Shown here one piece after another: positions 18,601-27,899 of a stretch of DNA of 64,000 bases (positions are counted from its first letter, which is position 1; the number at the start of each line of letters is the position of its first letter). Location of the stretch: the NCBI GenBank assembly GCA_045401155.1, contig CP174360.1, positions 233,403 to 297,402 of the forward strand, read 5' to 3'. Made by a program: the position numbers and the translations under genes. The stretch comes from Candidatus Minusculum obligatum (GTDB lineage Bacteria > Patescibacteriota > Minisyncoccia > Phycocordibacterales > Phycocordibacteraceae). The notes under the pieces were generated by a model, which saw nothing but the letters and a program-made list of their open reading frames with translations, made no database searches and was not told the DNA's origin.

Positions 18601-21600
18601 CTGGAATTACAGTAAATGCAGATGGGTATGTAGGTATTAATAATACGAGTCCATTATCCCCACTTGATGTGACTGTTTCTGCGGCAAAGCCAGCTGTATT
18701 CAGAGGAACAACTGAGCCACGTGTTCGATTTGTTGCAAATGGAAGCAATGTCGGACTTCTAAATGGATATGTTGGAGATTCTTTCCGTGTGTACTCTTCA
18801 AGTGGGCTGCCGCTTCACATAGGAGCAAATGAGAGCACGCAGCTCCGCTTTACCACAACAGAGATTAATGTAAGTGATGATCTTATTCCTACTGCAAATG
18901 CAACATATGATCTTGGTTCTCCATCATTTTATTGGGACGATGCATACCTAGATTCTTTGACGGTAAATAACCTTTCAGCTGCATCTACATCTATTGCAGG
19001 TACAAATAATGCTTCATTCTCAATTAACTCAGACAACGCAACATCAGATGGTGAAGATGCATCACTTGTGTTTTATCGAGGCGTGGTGGTGCCAAATGCA
19101 GTGATTACGTGGGATGCAAGCGAAGATCATTTTGATTTCAACCAGAATATATTTATTCAAAATGATAATGGAGGAATTGCAACATCAACACTTGCGATTC
19201 GTGCGGCAAGTGGGCAGACAGGAAATCTATTTACAGTGCAGGATGTAAATGGTCTTGAGCTTGCAAACTTTGGGGTAAATGGATACTTGGGACTTGGGAG
19301 CTCAAGTCCATCAGTGCGCCTTACAGTTGGTACAGGCACCCCAAGTTCAATCGCTTCAGGTAATTACTATAATAGTGCGTATGTAAGTGGGGATCTTGAA
19401 GTGGATGGAACTATTTACGGAACGGTAAGTGGGGCAGTGACACCTGCTGGATTTACAGAAGGTTCGGTGGTGTTTGCGGGATCTGGAGGGACACTAACGC
19501 AAGATAATAGTAATTTTTACTGGGATGACTCAAATAATAGACTTGGAATCGGAACCTCAAGTCCGCGTAGAGCACTTCATATTGCAGAGAACAATCCATC
19601 ATTCCTCCTTGAAGATGTTTCTGGAGCTTCTGCAGGACAAAAGGTTTTGCGATTTAACTATACAGGGGGAACGGTAGATTCAGAGAGTAATTTTGCAGTA
19701 CAGTCTGCAACTGATATTGGGGGATTTTCTGAAAATCTTTTCCAGATTTTCAGAAACGGACAGGTAAGTATTAATGGAGACGCAACCCCAGAGTTTACGC
19801 TTGAGGTTTCAGGCAATGAAGGAAGTGCTGGATATTTTGGACTGTCTTCAAATACCTCAAGCGCTGGAAACATATTTATTGTTGATGGTTCAGGAAATGT
19901 TGGAATTGGTACAACTACCCCGGGGGCACGACTTCATTCTCTAAGTACAGGTACACAGCTTAGACTTGGATACGATTTTGATACGTATGCTGATTTTCAG
20001 GTTGGGTCAGGTGGCGTAACCACATTTAGTGGCGCTGGTCTTGAGTTGGATAATACAGCTGGTAATAGAATTAAACTTTCGCAAGATGGTGCAAGCGGAT
20101 GGTCAAATGAGCTTGCACTTACAGATGGATCTCAGGAATGGTGGATTCGTACAATCGCAGGACGCTTTAGTGTTCGTGATCAAACAGGCGGATCAAATGG
20201 AGTGTTTGATATTGAGGCAGGAGCTCCTGCTGAATCACAAAGTATCCAGTCAGACGGAGATGTCATCTTTGGTGTAGGAAATGTAGGAATTGGAACCACT
20301 TCTCCATATGCAAAGCTTTCAGTAGTCGGGCAAGCAGTTGCTGAGTACTTCACTGCAACAAGCACGTCGCTTGTTTCTACGTTCCCTCAGGCAAGCTTTA
20401 CATCAGCAACATCAACAAACTTCTATACCAGCACCTTTGGTATTAATAGTGAATACATTTCAGATCTTACAGGAAATGGTCTTTCAATCTCAGGCGGGCA
20501 GCTAAACGTTGCAACGAGCTCGCTTTCTGCAACCTCTGGATTCTTTTTGCAAAATGGAAATAGTTTTGGAGAAACTGCAGTTCTTGGAACAAATGATAGT
20601 AATAGTCTGGCATTTGAGACAGGAGGGTCTACAAGAGTAACTATTGATACAAGTGGAAACGTGGGAATCGGTGATACAAGCCCTGATGCTCAACTTGATA
20701 TTGTGGATACATCAACAACAGGAGCAGGTCTTATTGTTCAGAAAGATCTTGCAGCATCACGCTACACTACGAATGTTGAATCACAGTTCTCAATTCGAGG
20801 AAATACAGATGATACGGAGCGGTTGTTAATTGGGTACGCCACTGATGAAAATTATGGATATATAGAAGCTGTAGATTTCGGGAGCACCTTTAACAGGGAT
20901 TTGGTGCTTAATAGTCAGGGTGGAAACGTAGGAATTGGAACTACAACTCCTAATGTTCCACTTGAGGTACTTCGTTCAGGTGCTGCTGGGTATACATGGA
21001 CTCCAAATGCTCGTACCGCAGCACTATTCCAAAATAGTAGCGCTTCAGGTTCTGCTATTGGAATTATTGGAAAATCAACAGGATCAAGTTTTATCTGGTT
21101 TGGAGACGAGGCTTCAGAGACAATTGGACAGATTGGATTTAATCACACAAGTAATACCTTCTCTATTGAAACAGCGGGAGGGGCTGGAGACTTGTTCATC
21201 AACTCTAGTGGAAACGTAGGTATTGGAACCACAACAATAAACGCAAGCTTGACTGCGAGTGTTGCCTCAACAGGAGATGTGCTTTCTCTTGTGCGAAATG
21301 ACAACGGAAATAGGTGGGCGCTAGATCTTGGAGGAAATAATCTTAATTTCAAGTTTAATGGTGGAAATGATATTGTCACTATTAATAATGGTGCCCCAGC
21401 TGCTTCTCTTTATGTAGGGACTACAGGTGTGGGAATCGGTACAACAAGTCCATTAAGTAAGCTACATGTTGCTGGGCAAGTTACTATTGATGGCACAAAC
21501 TATTCTCGAGTAGAGTACGCGCGCAATGGTACAGATGTATGGACTGCTGGACTGCACGAAAGTGATGATTTTGAATTTTTCCGAACAAGTGGTTCGGGGA

Positions 21601-24600
21601 ATATTATTCTCCGAGCGGGCAACTTGAGTGTTGGTACAACAAGCCCAGCTGGGAAGTTGCATGTAGAGGGGTCCGGAACACAAAATGTTTTGGTTAAAGG
21701 TATTGGCAGTTCAGATCAGACAATACAATTTGGTCGTTCAGATCTTGCAACAAACTGGGTTGTTGGGCGTGATAATACAAGTAGCCGTTTTGGTATTGAG
21801 TACTTTTCTGAAGTTGGAGCAAGTCAGCTTACCGATAATTCCGTGTTCACCATTCTTCAGGGTGGAAACGTAGGTATTGGAACCACAACACCAGCACACC
21901 TCCTTGATGTAGATGGAGACTTCCGAGTAGGAGAGGCAGGAAGTTCAGACGCCTTCTTTGTAGATGCAACAAATGCATACATTGGAGTTGGTACTACAGC
22001 GCCAACTTCAAATCTTCATGTTGCTGGAACTGGAAACACTTTCCTTACAGTTGAGGCTGTAAATGGAAATGCTGTGCAGTGGATTTTGAAGACTGATAGC
22101 GGTAACCGTCGTTTTGTGGCTACTGATAATTCAAATGTACAACAATCTCAAATTCACTTTGCAGGGCAGAGAGAAATTGATTTCATTGGGGATTCTGTAA
22201 ATGATCCACTTGGAACATTTGAGGGCGGGAAGTTTGCGGTAGGAAAGACAAGTACACCAAACTTTGGTCTCGAGATTGCAACAAGTACTACAAACGGTTG
22301 GTTTGGTATTACAGATTCAACAGCTGGAGACATCTTCATTGTTGATGGTTCAGGAAACGTAGGAATTGGTACCACTACGCCAGTTGCAAAGCTTACCGTG
22401 CTGGACACATCGGCAGGTGCAGAAACGTTTGCGTTGTTTGGCCAGAACTCATCAGGTAGTGCGGGTACTGGTACTGGAATCAGGCTCGCACCGAGTGCTT
22501 TCTCATCAGGAGCAACGGTTCGAGCATTTGATATTGTTGCGGTAAATGATGGCGCAAATACCATTGATCTTGATTTCAGAGGTTCAAGTGGAGGAAGTCC
22601 AGCATCGCGTGTGCGAATTACTGGTGCTGGAAACGTAGGTATTGGTACTACTACGCCAGACGCAAACCTTTCTATTGTTAGTTCATCAGGAAACGATGCA
22701 ATTGTAAAGATAGAAGGAATACATAATGCTGTACCAGCTATTAAAATTACAGATGTAAGTGATAGTTCAGGAGGAATTGCACAAGTGATTCTTACTGGAA
22801 GACGTTTAGATGCAAATGTATCAGGTTCATTTGCAGGTAACTTTGCAGTAGGAAAACATTACAGTGGTGGTGCTGTTACAAGTGGGCAAAGGTTGGGAAG
22901 GTTTTTGTTTGGAGGAAATCATACGGATGGAACAATTGATAATCTTCTATACTCAGCAGGGATTACTGCAGTTGCAGAAGGTACGTTTACTAATGCCACA
23001 ACCATGCCAACAGGACTTGCGTTTTATACTGGCTCTGCAGGAGTGGCGCCAGGTACACCAAATGTAGAGCCTGGTACAGAACGTCTGCGTATTGATAATA
23101 GTGGAAACGTAGGTATTGGCACTCAAGCTCCAGGACGTAAGTTTGAGGTGGTTGATGCAACACAGCCGGCAATAAATGAAGTTGGATCATTTGGGGTTGG
23201 CGCAAGTGCTACAGAACAGGTTCGTATCGGGTACGATACCGCAGGTAGTGATTATGGGTGGATTCAATCTGCTGTATTTGGCACAAGCGCGACTAGTCTC
23301 TCACTTAATCCAAGGGGTGGAAACGTAGGAATTGGTACTACAACGCCATCTACAAAACTTGTTATTGCTGGGGCAAATTACAATGGAGAGCCAACCCACA
23401 AAGCAAAAGTGTTAATTCAAAATGATAATGCTAGCCAAACATTAAATAACACGGGAGGTATCGAATTTAGGTTAAGTGGATTTGGTTCAGGGTATGGATG
23501 GCGTATTGGAGGGTGGGACCTTGCTGCGTCTGGTGGAGGTGCGCCGTATGTGTGGGAGTTCCGAGGAAACTCTGCAACATGGTCAGAGCAGATGCGCCTT
23601 ACTGCAGATGGAAAGCTTGGTATTGGAACCACGAGTCCAACAGAGAAGCTTGAGGTGTATGGAGGAAAGATTTCAGTAGATTCTGGCGGGGCAACAGACA
23701 CAGAGTATCTAGAGTTTAGTTCTAGTGGAACAACGATTGGAGGAATTGGAAGAGACACAAATGATCTTGTGCTTTCAAGTCCATTTGGTATTCGACTTAC
23801 TGAAGGAAGCACGGATGTGCTGACTGTTGCGGGTGAAAATGTGATTATTGGTGGATCAAGCTTTGCCGGGCAAAGGGTGCAGATTACTGCAGATGCTGCG
23901 GTGCCGCTTGCGCTAAATCGTACAACAGATGATGGTGTGCTTGTCGATTTCTATCAGGCAACAACTGCTGAAGGATCAATTTCTGTTTCTGGAAACACAG
24001 TATCGTACAATGCCTTTACGGGGTCTCACTACGCAACTACAAATGAAAATATTCAAAAGGGACGCCTAGTTACCTTTACAGGAAATAATGCTCGCCTGAA
24101 TGGAAATCCAAGTTCTGAAATTTTGTATGGTATTACAGAGTCTTCAGTAGAAAACTCATCAAAGGTGTTGGGGTCAATGCTTGCGCTGGAAAGTCCAAGT
24201 AAGGTTCATTCAAATACAAATCCGTACCTTGTAATGGCGGTTGGTAACGGTGAAGTGTGGGTGGTAGATGAGGGAGAGAACCTTGAGCCAGGAGATTATC
24301 TTATTTCTTCAGATACGCTTGGGCATGCAGAGAAAGATACAGGAGCATATCCAATTTCACATATTGTTGCGCGTGTAGCAGAGCCAGTAGATTGGAGTAC
24401 GATTTCTGCAACCGTGGATGGAAAGAAACATGCGCTTGTAAGTGTTACGTTTGAGCAGTTTGATAAGCCAAACGGTATTAGTGTTGATGCGCTTGGAAAC
24501 GTAGGAATTGGAACAAGTGCGCCAGAGTACAAACTGCACGTTCTTGGGGATGCTGCTGCTACAAGCTTTGTAAACATTTCAACTCGTGAACAAAAGAAAG

Positions 24601-25949
24601 GTATTGCATATCTAGATGAAGCTCGAAAGGAAGACATTCTTGAGAAGCTAAAGGAGGTACAAATTGCAGAGTATCGATACAATTATGAGGATGATAATAA
24701 CCCGCTGCGCCTAGGGCTAATTGCAGAGGAGGCGCCCACAGAAGTACTGTCAGTATCAGGTAAGGGAGTTGATATCTATAAACTTGCAACCTTTACACTT
24801 GCGTCAGTACAGGAGCTTGCAACTCGTGTTGAGTCTCTTGAGGAGCGTGTCGCGGCCCTTGAGGCGCAAGGTGTAATGTCAGGATCTGGAGGAGTATTCA
24901 GTACCTCAACACTGCAGTCTGCACTTTCAGAGCTTGGTGTATTGATTGAGAGGGGGTTTGCACAGTTTGATAAGCTTGCATTCCGTCAGTTGATTGCACA
25001 GAAGGATAATGATGGACAGGGTGCTGCAGGTACAGGAACCGTACGTCTTGGAGACAAACTTGTGCTTGTTGAAAATAAGCAAATCAAAGCAAGTTCTAAG
25101 GTGTTTGTAACCTTCACGTCTCCAGTGGTTGGAAGCTGGTTTATCACAGACAAGGCAAATGGAAGCTTCCGTGTGACCCTAGATCAGGTGCAGACAAGTG
25201 ATGTAACCTTTGATTACTTCATTGTGCAGACTGAGCGAGAGGCTGTACCTACATCAGATACAGGAGTGGTAGATACTGAGGCACCTATTATTGAAATTAT
25301 TGGAGCAAATCCATACTACATAATTACAGGTAATACATTTACTGATCCAGGAGTAAATATCACAGACAATGTAGATCAAAATCTAGAGCACGAGCTATTT
25401 GTAGATGGGTATCCAGCAGCAGAGCGGCCACTTGATACGTCTGTAGCAGGAGAGCACGTGCTGACATACAAGGTGCTTGATACAGCAGGCAACCTTACAA
25501 CTGCGACACGAGCTGTGGTGGTTGGGTCGGGAGCAGGTCTTGGATCAACCGACACAGGAACTACAACACCAGCAACTACAGGAGACACAGGAACCTCTAC
25601 ACCTCCAGTTGTAGAGGAAGAAGGGGTTGTGGTTGAGGAGGAAGCAGAAGAAGTTCCAGTAGATGAGGTGGCGCCTGTAATTACGCTTACAGGAAAGGCG
25701 GCGCTTAAGGTTGCAGTTGGAGATACGTTTGTTGATGCGGGCGCAACCGCAACAGATGATGTAGATGGAGATCTTACCGCAGGTATTGTGGTAAGCGGAT
25801 CAGTTGATACAGCTACCGCAGGGCTATATACGCTCACATACACTGTTGCTGATGCGGCAGGAAATGAGTCTTCTGTATCACGTATTGTGACCGTTGAAGC
25901 TCCTGTGGAAGAAGAAGAGGAGGAAGTTACTGAAGAGGTGGTAGAGTAA
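15657..25949 (+). CDS. Giant (3430 aa) membrane-anchored fibre/adhesin-like protein: N-terminal HTH_17-like domain, TM, GNVGIGT repeats, putative peptidase S74 chaperone, two DUF5011/Ig-like domains
   Basis: FIPTKEAASLVGRTSDYVGRLAREGKIPASRIGRSWVV; TM LVSFAVAVLVVFGSFSLV; many GNVGIGTTxP repeats; STREQKKGI...LGLIAEE...coiled coil; DTEAPIIEIIG and APVITLTG...ATATDDVDGDLT. Confidence 0.8.
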   Translation: MSADSEKFIPTKEAASLVGRTSDYVGRLAREGKIPASRIGRSWVVSKRALLEYFDVQESVKEIKKEKLSQTRKEEYKEVQRPKANVGKSLTIFVQKLPVENLVSFAVAVLVVFGSFSLVHASGLAKLPKVALDVIHEKVVSLNRGIASATNGPRPTYVGNYVVEKENFEVEGFEMNNIFASALEGFESVGEGFEYQGFSKKNDYVVEGDDGLSLVAVWNNYVALGEGIVETSHVLSQAYVDLVHALGKGTLQNALAARDLSRALHRNTFVAYESGVNTYVSSLQVAPDAYTGAVYAFVDESYKITNAFAKAPLQVGNAILSSSQSIPEGNQKIGSGLRIIMPALGEAIISSHERLVYGFVESSYAVVDAYKDSIMRAGDHVGGAYAFARFDLPPKVGKGLANAFMATTDVVDESVERAGEYLAQAYIVPAVTVTLSGIEGVQHDVEGFSKNLASGTIAKKSLFEDVAESAQANVVDGVQNFFARIFGRGEDPVLLVNPGPAQTNVVIKEDEPAVITPGNVVQNFFATTDVSKSYVDAGITSLHAALSAEIQKLTSLNRNQIIQNIQTTHVLNRIEDLTDTILRTPEIIGGTLDDVDIRGNSNFSGNTVSGNEFIGGTASFGTTTVSEINVTNNITAGGVLSVAGLTSNGVLTGPYFTATSTTATSTFAGSIAVDTDGFVYATSTRNVGIGVLSPSALLSLQNSTSTQPIATFANDSGSELFRFTNTGYLGIGTTSPYEALSVDGNGVFTGTLTAGATTLSGALVGTTAEFTSGTTTNATSTNFFATNGRFTNLIGTNATITAATTTNFYASIFDAATAALTNLVATNATSTNFAVSSLAQGSVPFIGTGGRLIDDNANFYWDDTNNRLGIGTSSPYAKLSVVGQTVSEYFTATSTSLVSTFPLASFTSATSTQLAVNSLTSGRLPYVTTGGRLIDDADLTFDGTTLTGTDLIFTRATTTNATSTNLSVSGTFNAVTGGAQAAGITVNADGYVGINNTSPLSPLDVTVSAAKPAVFRGTTEPRVRFVANGSNVGLLNGYVGDSFRVYSSSGLPLHIGANESTQLRFTTTEINVSDDLIPTANATYDLGSPSFYWDDAYLDSLTVNNLSAASTSIAGTNNASFSINSDNATSDGEDASLVFYRGVVVPNAVITWDASEDHFDFNQNIFIQNDNGGIATSTLAIRAASGQTGNLFTVQDVNGLELANFGVNGYLGLGSSSPSVRLTVGTGTPSSIASGNYYNSAYVSGDLEVDGTIYGTVSGAVTPAGFTEGSVVFAGSGGTLTQDNSNFYWDDSNNRLGIGTSSPRRALHIAENNPSFLLEDVSGASAGQKVLRFNYTGGTVDSESNFAVQSATDIGGFSENLFQIFRNGQVSINGDATPEFTLEVSGNEGSAGYFGLSSNTSSAGNIFIVDGSGNVGIGTTTPGARLHSLSTGTQLRLGYDFDTYADFQVGSGGVTTFSGAGLELDNTAGNRIKLSQDGASGWSNELALTDGSQEWWIRTIAGRFSVRDQTGGSNGVFDIEAGAPAESQSIQSDGDVIFGVGNVGIGTTSPYAKLSVVGQAVAEYFTATSTSLVSTFPQASFTSATSTNFYTSTFGINSEYISDLTGNGLSISGGQLNVATSSLSATSGFFLQNGNSFGETAVLGTNDSNSLAFETGGSTRVTIDTSGNVGIGDTSPDAQLDIVDTSTTGAGLIVQKDLAASRYTTNVESQFSIRGNTDDTERLLIGYATDENYGYIEAVDFGSTFNRDLVLNSQGGNVGIGTTTPNVPLEVLRSGAAGYTWTPNARTAALFQNSSASGSAIGIIGKSTGSSFIWFGDEASETIGQIGFNHTSNTFSIETAGGAGDLFINSSGNVGIGTTTINASLTASVASTGDVLSLVRNDNGNRWALDLGGNNLNFKFNGGNDIVTINNGAPAASLYVGTTGVGIGTTSPLSKLHVAGQVTIDGTNYSRVEYARNGTDVWTAGLHESDDFEFFRTSGSGNIILRAGNLSVGTTSPAGKLHVEGSGTQNVLVKGIGSSDQTIQFGRSDLATNWVVGRDNTSSRFGIEYFSEVGASQLTDNSVFTILQGGNVGIGTTTPAHLLDVDGDFRVGEAGSSDAFFVDATNAYIGVGTTAPTSNLHVAGTGNTFLTVEAVNGNAVQWILKTDSGNRRFVATDNSNVQQSQIHFAGQREIDFIGDSVNDPLGTFEGGKFAVGKTSTPNFGLEIATSTTNGWFGITDSTAGDIFIVDGSGNVGIGTTTPVAKLTVLDTSAGAETFALFGQNSSGSAGTGTGIRLAPSAFSSGATVRAFDIVAVNDGANTIDLDFRGSSGGSPASRVRITGAGNVGIGTTTPDANLSIVSSSGNDAIVKIEGIHNAVPAIKITDVSDSSGGIAQVILTGRRLDANVSGSFAGNFAVGKHYSGGAVTSGQRLGRFLFGGNHTDGTIDNLLYSAGITAVAEGTFTNATTMPTGLAFYTGSAGVAPGTPNVEPGTERLRIDNSGNVGIGTQAPGRKFEVVDATQPAINEVGSFGVGASATEQVRIGYDTAGSDYGWIQSAVFGTSATSLSLNPRGGNVGIGTTTPSTKLVIAGANYNGEPTHKAKVLIQNDNASQTLNNTGGIEFRLSGFGSGYGWRIGGWDLAASGGGAPYVWEFRGNSATWSEQMRLTADGKLGIGTTSPTEKLEVYGGKISVDSGGATDTEYLEFSSSGTTIGGIGRDTNDLVLSSPFGIRLTEGSTDVLTVAGENVIIGGSSFAGQRVQITADAAVPLALNRTTDDGVLVDFYQATTAEGSISVSGNTVSYNAFTGSHYATTNENIQKGRLVTFTGNNARLNGNPSSEILYGITESSVENSSKVLGSMLALESPSKVHSNTNPYLVMAVGNGEVWVVDEGENLEPGDYLISSDTLGHAEKDTGAYPISHIVARVAEPVDWSTISATVDGKKHALVSVTFEQFDKPNGISVDALGNVGIGTSAPEYKLHVLGDAAATSFVNISTREQKKGIAYLDEARKEDILEKLKEVQIAEYRYNYEDDNNPLRLGLIAEEAPTEVLSVSGKGVDIYKLATFTLASVQELATRVESLEERVAALEAQGVMSGSGGVFSTSTLQSALSELGVLIERGFAQFDKLAFRQLIAQKDNDGQGAAGTGTVRLGDKLVLVENKQIKASSKVFVTFTSPVVGSWFITDKANGSFRVTLDQVQTSDVTFDYFIVQTEREAVPTSDTGVVDTEAPIIEIIGANPYYIITGNTFTDPGVNITDNVDQNLEHELFVDGYPAAERPLDTSVAGEHVLTYKVLDTAGNLTTATRAVVVGSGAGLGSTDTGTTTPATTGDTGTSTPPVVEEEGVVVEEEAEEVPVDEVAPVITLTGKAALKVAVGDTFVDAGATATDDVDGDLTAGIVVSGSVDTATAGLYTLTYTVADAAGNESSVSRIVTVEAPVEEEEEEVTEEVVE

Positions 25950-25956
25950 TAGACAT

Positions 25957-26976
25957 ATGGCAAAGATAGCAATAAATGGATTTGGAAGAATTGGACGAGC
26001 GTTTTTTAAATTGGCGCTTGAGAGAGATGAGTTAGAGATTGTTGCAATAAATGATCTGGGAGATCCAGAGAATCTTGCATACCTCCTTAAATATGACTCT
26101 GTGTATGGAGCAAGTGGTTTAGAAGTTGATGTAGAGGAAGGGAGGTTGATTGTAAATGGGAAGGAGGTACTCCTTCTTTCTGAGAGAGATCCAGCCAAGC
26201 TTCCGTGGAAGAAGCTTGGCATTGATGTTGCTCTTGAAGCAACAGGAATATTCGCAAGTTATAAAGATGCACAAATGCATCTAAAGGCCGGTGCAAAACG
26301 TGTTGTGGTATCTGCTCCAGTTAAAGACGTGCCGCCAAGTGGTGTAAATGGAGCAACAGTTTTGATGGGGGTAAATGATGAAAAGCTTAAGACATGTGAC
26401 ATTTCATCAAATGCATCATGTACAACAAATGCAGGAAGCCCGCTTGTTGCAATTCTTGATGAAGCTATTGGAATTGAGAAGGCAATTCTAAATACTGTGC
26501 ACGGATATACAAGTACGCAAAATCTTATTGATGGCCCAAACAAAAAGATGCGTCGTGGACGAGCGGCTGCATTAAATATTGTGCCAAGCTCTACAGGTGC
26601 TGCTGTTGCAACAACACAAGCTTACACATCTCTTGAAGGGAAGTTTGATGGTGTTGCAATGCGTGTCCCTGTGCCTGCAGGCTCAATTGTAGACATCACA
26701 TTTATTGCAAAGAAAGATGTGACGGTTGAAGAGGTAAATCAGGCGCTTATTGATGCGGCGCACGAAGATAGATGGAAGGGAATCTTCACAGTCACCACAG
26801 ATCCAATTGTTTCTACAGACATTTTGGGATCTCCGTTTGCATCTATTGCAGACCTTGATATGACACGCGTGGTCGATGGAAACCTTATTAAGGTATGTGC
26901 GTGGTACGACAATGAGATGGGGTACTCACACATGCTTGTAGATCATGTGGTTAAGACAGCTGGGTATGCAAAATAA
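25957..26976 (+). CDS. gap: Glyceraldehyde-3-phosphate dehydrogenase, type I
   Basis: IAINGFGRIGR, SNASCTTN, WYDNEMGYS. Confidence 0.96.
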   Translation: MAKIAINGFGRIGRAFFKLALERDELEIVAINDLGDPENLAYLLKYDSVYGASGLEVDVEEGRLIVNGKEVLLLSERDPAKLPWKKLGIDVALEATGIFASYKDAQMHLKAGAKRVVVSAPVKDVPPSGVNGATVLMGVNDEKLKTCDISSNASCTTNAGSPLVAILDEAIGIEKAILNTVHGYTSTQNLIDGPNKKMRRGRAAALNIVPSSTGAAVATTQAYTSLEGKFDGVAMRVPVPAGSIVDITFIAKKDVTVEEVNQALIDAAHEDRWKGIFTVTTDPIVSTDILGSPFASIADLDMTRVVDGNLIKVCAWYDNEMGYSHMLVDHVVKTAGYAK

Positions 26977-27412
26977 AACTGTACTATTTGCAACAGACCA
27001 CGCGGGATTTGAGTTGCGTGAGTTTGTGCTTGATCATCTTCGGTCTCTTGAATACACTGTTGAGGACATGGGGCCACAAAAACTAAAGGAGGGAGATGAT
27101 TATCCTGAATATATGAATCCTCTGGCACAAAAGATCTCAGAGAATCCCGATAAGTATGTCGGCATTGTTATGGGAGGATCGGGGCAAGGGGAAGCAATGG
27201 TGTGCAATCGATATAAGAATGTGCGTGCCGCAGTGTACTATGGAGCAGATGAGGAGATCGTAAAACTCTCTCGAGAGCACAATGATGCAAACGTGCTTTC
27301 TCTTGGGGCCCGATTTCTTTCAGCAGATCAGGCACGTAAAGCTTGTGAGCTCTGGCTCTCTACAGCGTTTAGTGGAGATGATCGTCACGTGCGTAGGTTA
27401 GAAAAGTTTTAG
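26966..27412 (+). CDS. rpiB: Ribose-5-phosphate isomerase B (RpiB/LacAB)
   Basis: DHAGFEL, DDYP, GGSGQGE, REHNDANVLSLG, RHVRR. Confidence 0.93.
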   Translation: MQNKTVLFATDHAGFELREFVLDHLRSLEYTVEDMGPQKLKEGDDYPEYMNPLAQKISENPDKYVGIVMGGSGQGEAMVCNRYKNVRAAVYYGADEEIVKLSREHNDANVLSLGARFLSADQARKACELWLSTAFSGDDRHVRRLEKF

Positions 27413-27413
27413 C

Positions 27414-27878
27414 ATGAAAAAAGGATTTACACTCATTGAATTGCTTGTGGTGGTTGCCATCATTGGCATGCTTTCATCTGTAGTGCTTTCTTCTTTGAAC
27501 ACTGCTCGTGCAAGTGCTCGTGATGCACGTCGTGCACAAGATGGGAAGCAGGTGGCTGCTGCACTCGAACTTTACTATAGTGCAAATAATGGATTTCCTG
27601 CCAATGGGGGGACCGGTTGTTCTACAAACTATTGTTTATCTCATATAAGCGCAGCACTTACGCCTACGTATATTCCAAACTTACCTACGGATCCTATTTA
27701 TGGAGACTCAGGAACGTATCCATATCGGTATTGTGTGACAGGGAATGCATTTGAGCTCCTTGTGTACGATGAAGGCCTATCGTCTTGGTGTCATATTAGA
27801 CATGGATCAAATGACTCTGGAAGTGGGTGTTGGATGACAAATGGAGTTCCAAATAGTGGAACTGTTTGGTGTGACTAA
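27414..27878 (+). CDS. Type IV pilin / GspG-like prepilin (paralogue 1)
   Basis: KKG|FTLIELLVVVAIIGMLSSVVL class III signal; RDARR; LPTDP. Confidence 0.9.
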   Translation: MKKGFTLIELLVVVAIIGMLSSVVLSSLNTARASARDARRAQDGKQVAAALELYYSANNGFPANGGTGCSTNYCLSHISAALTPTYIPNLPTDPIYGDSGTYPYRYCVTGNAFELLVYDEGLSSWCHIRHGSNDSGSGCWMTNGVPNSGTVWCD

Positions 27879-27899
27879 GGGCATGCTACAATTTTCTTA

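Noticed and set aside
14216-25949. Prophage (excisionase-like HTH plus tail-fibre chaperone)
   Set aside because: No integrase, terminase, capsid or portal genes; both proteins have TM anchors and sit between gatB and gap.
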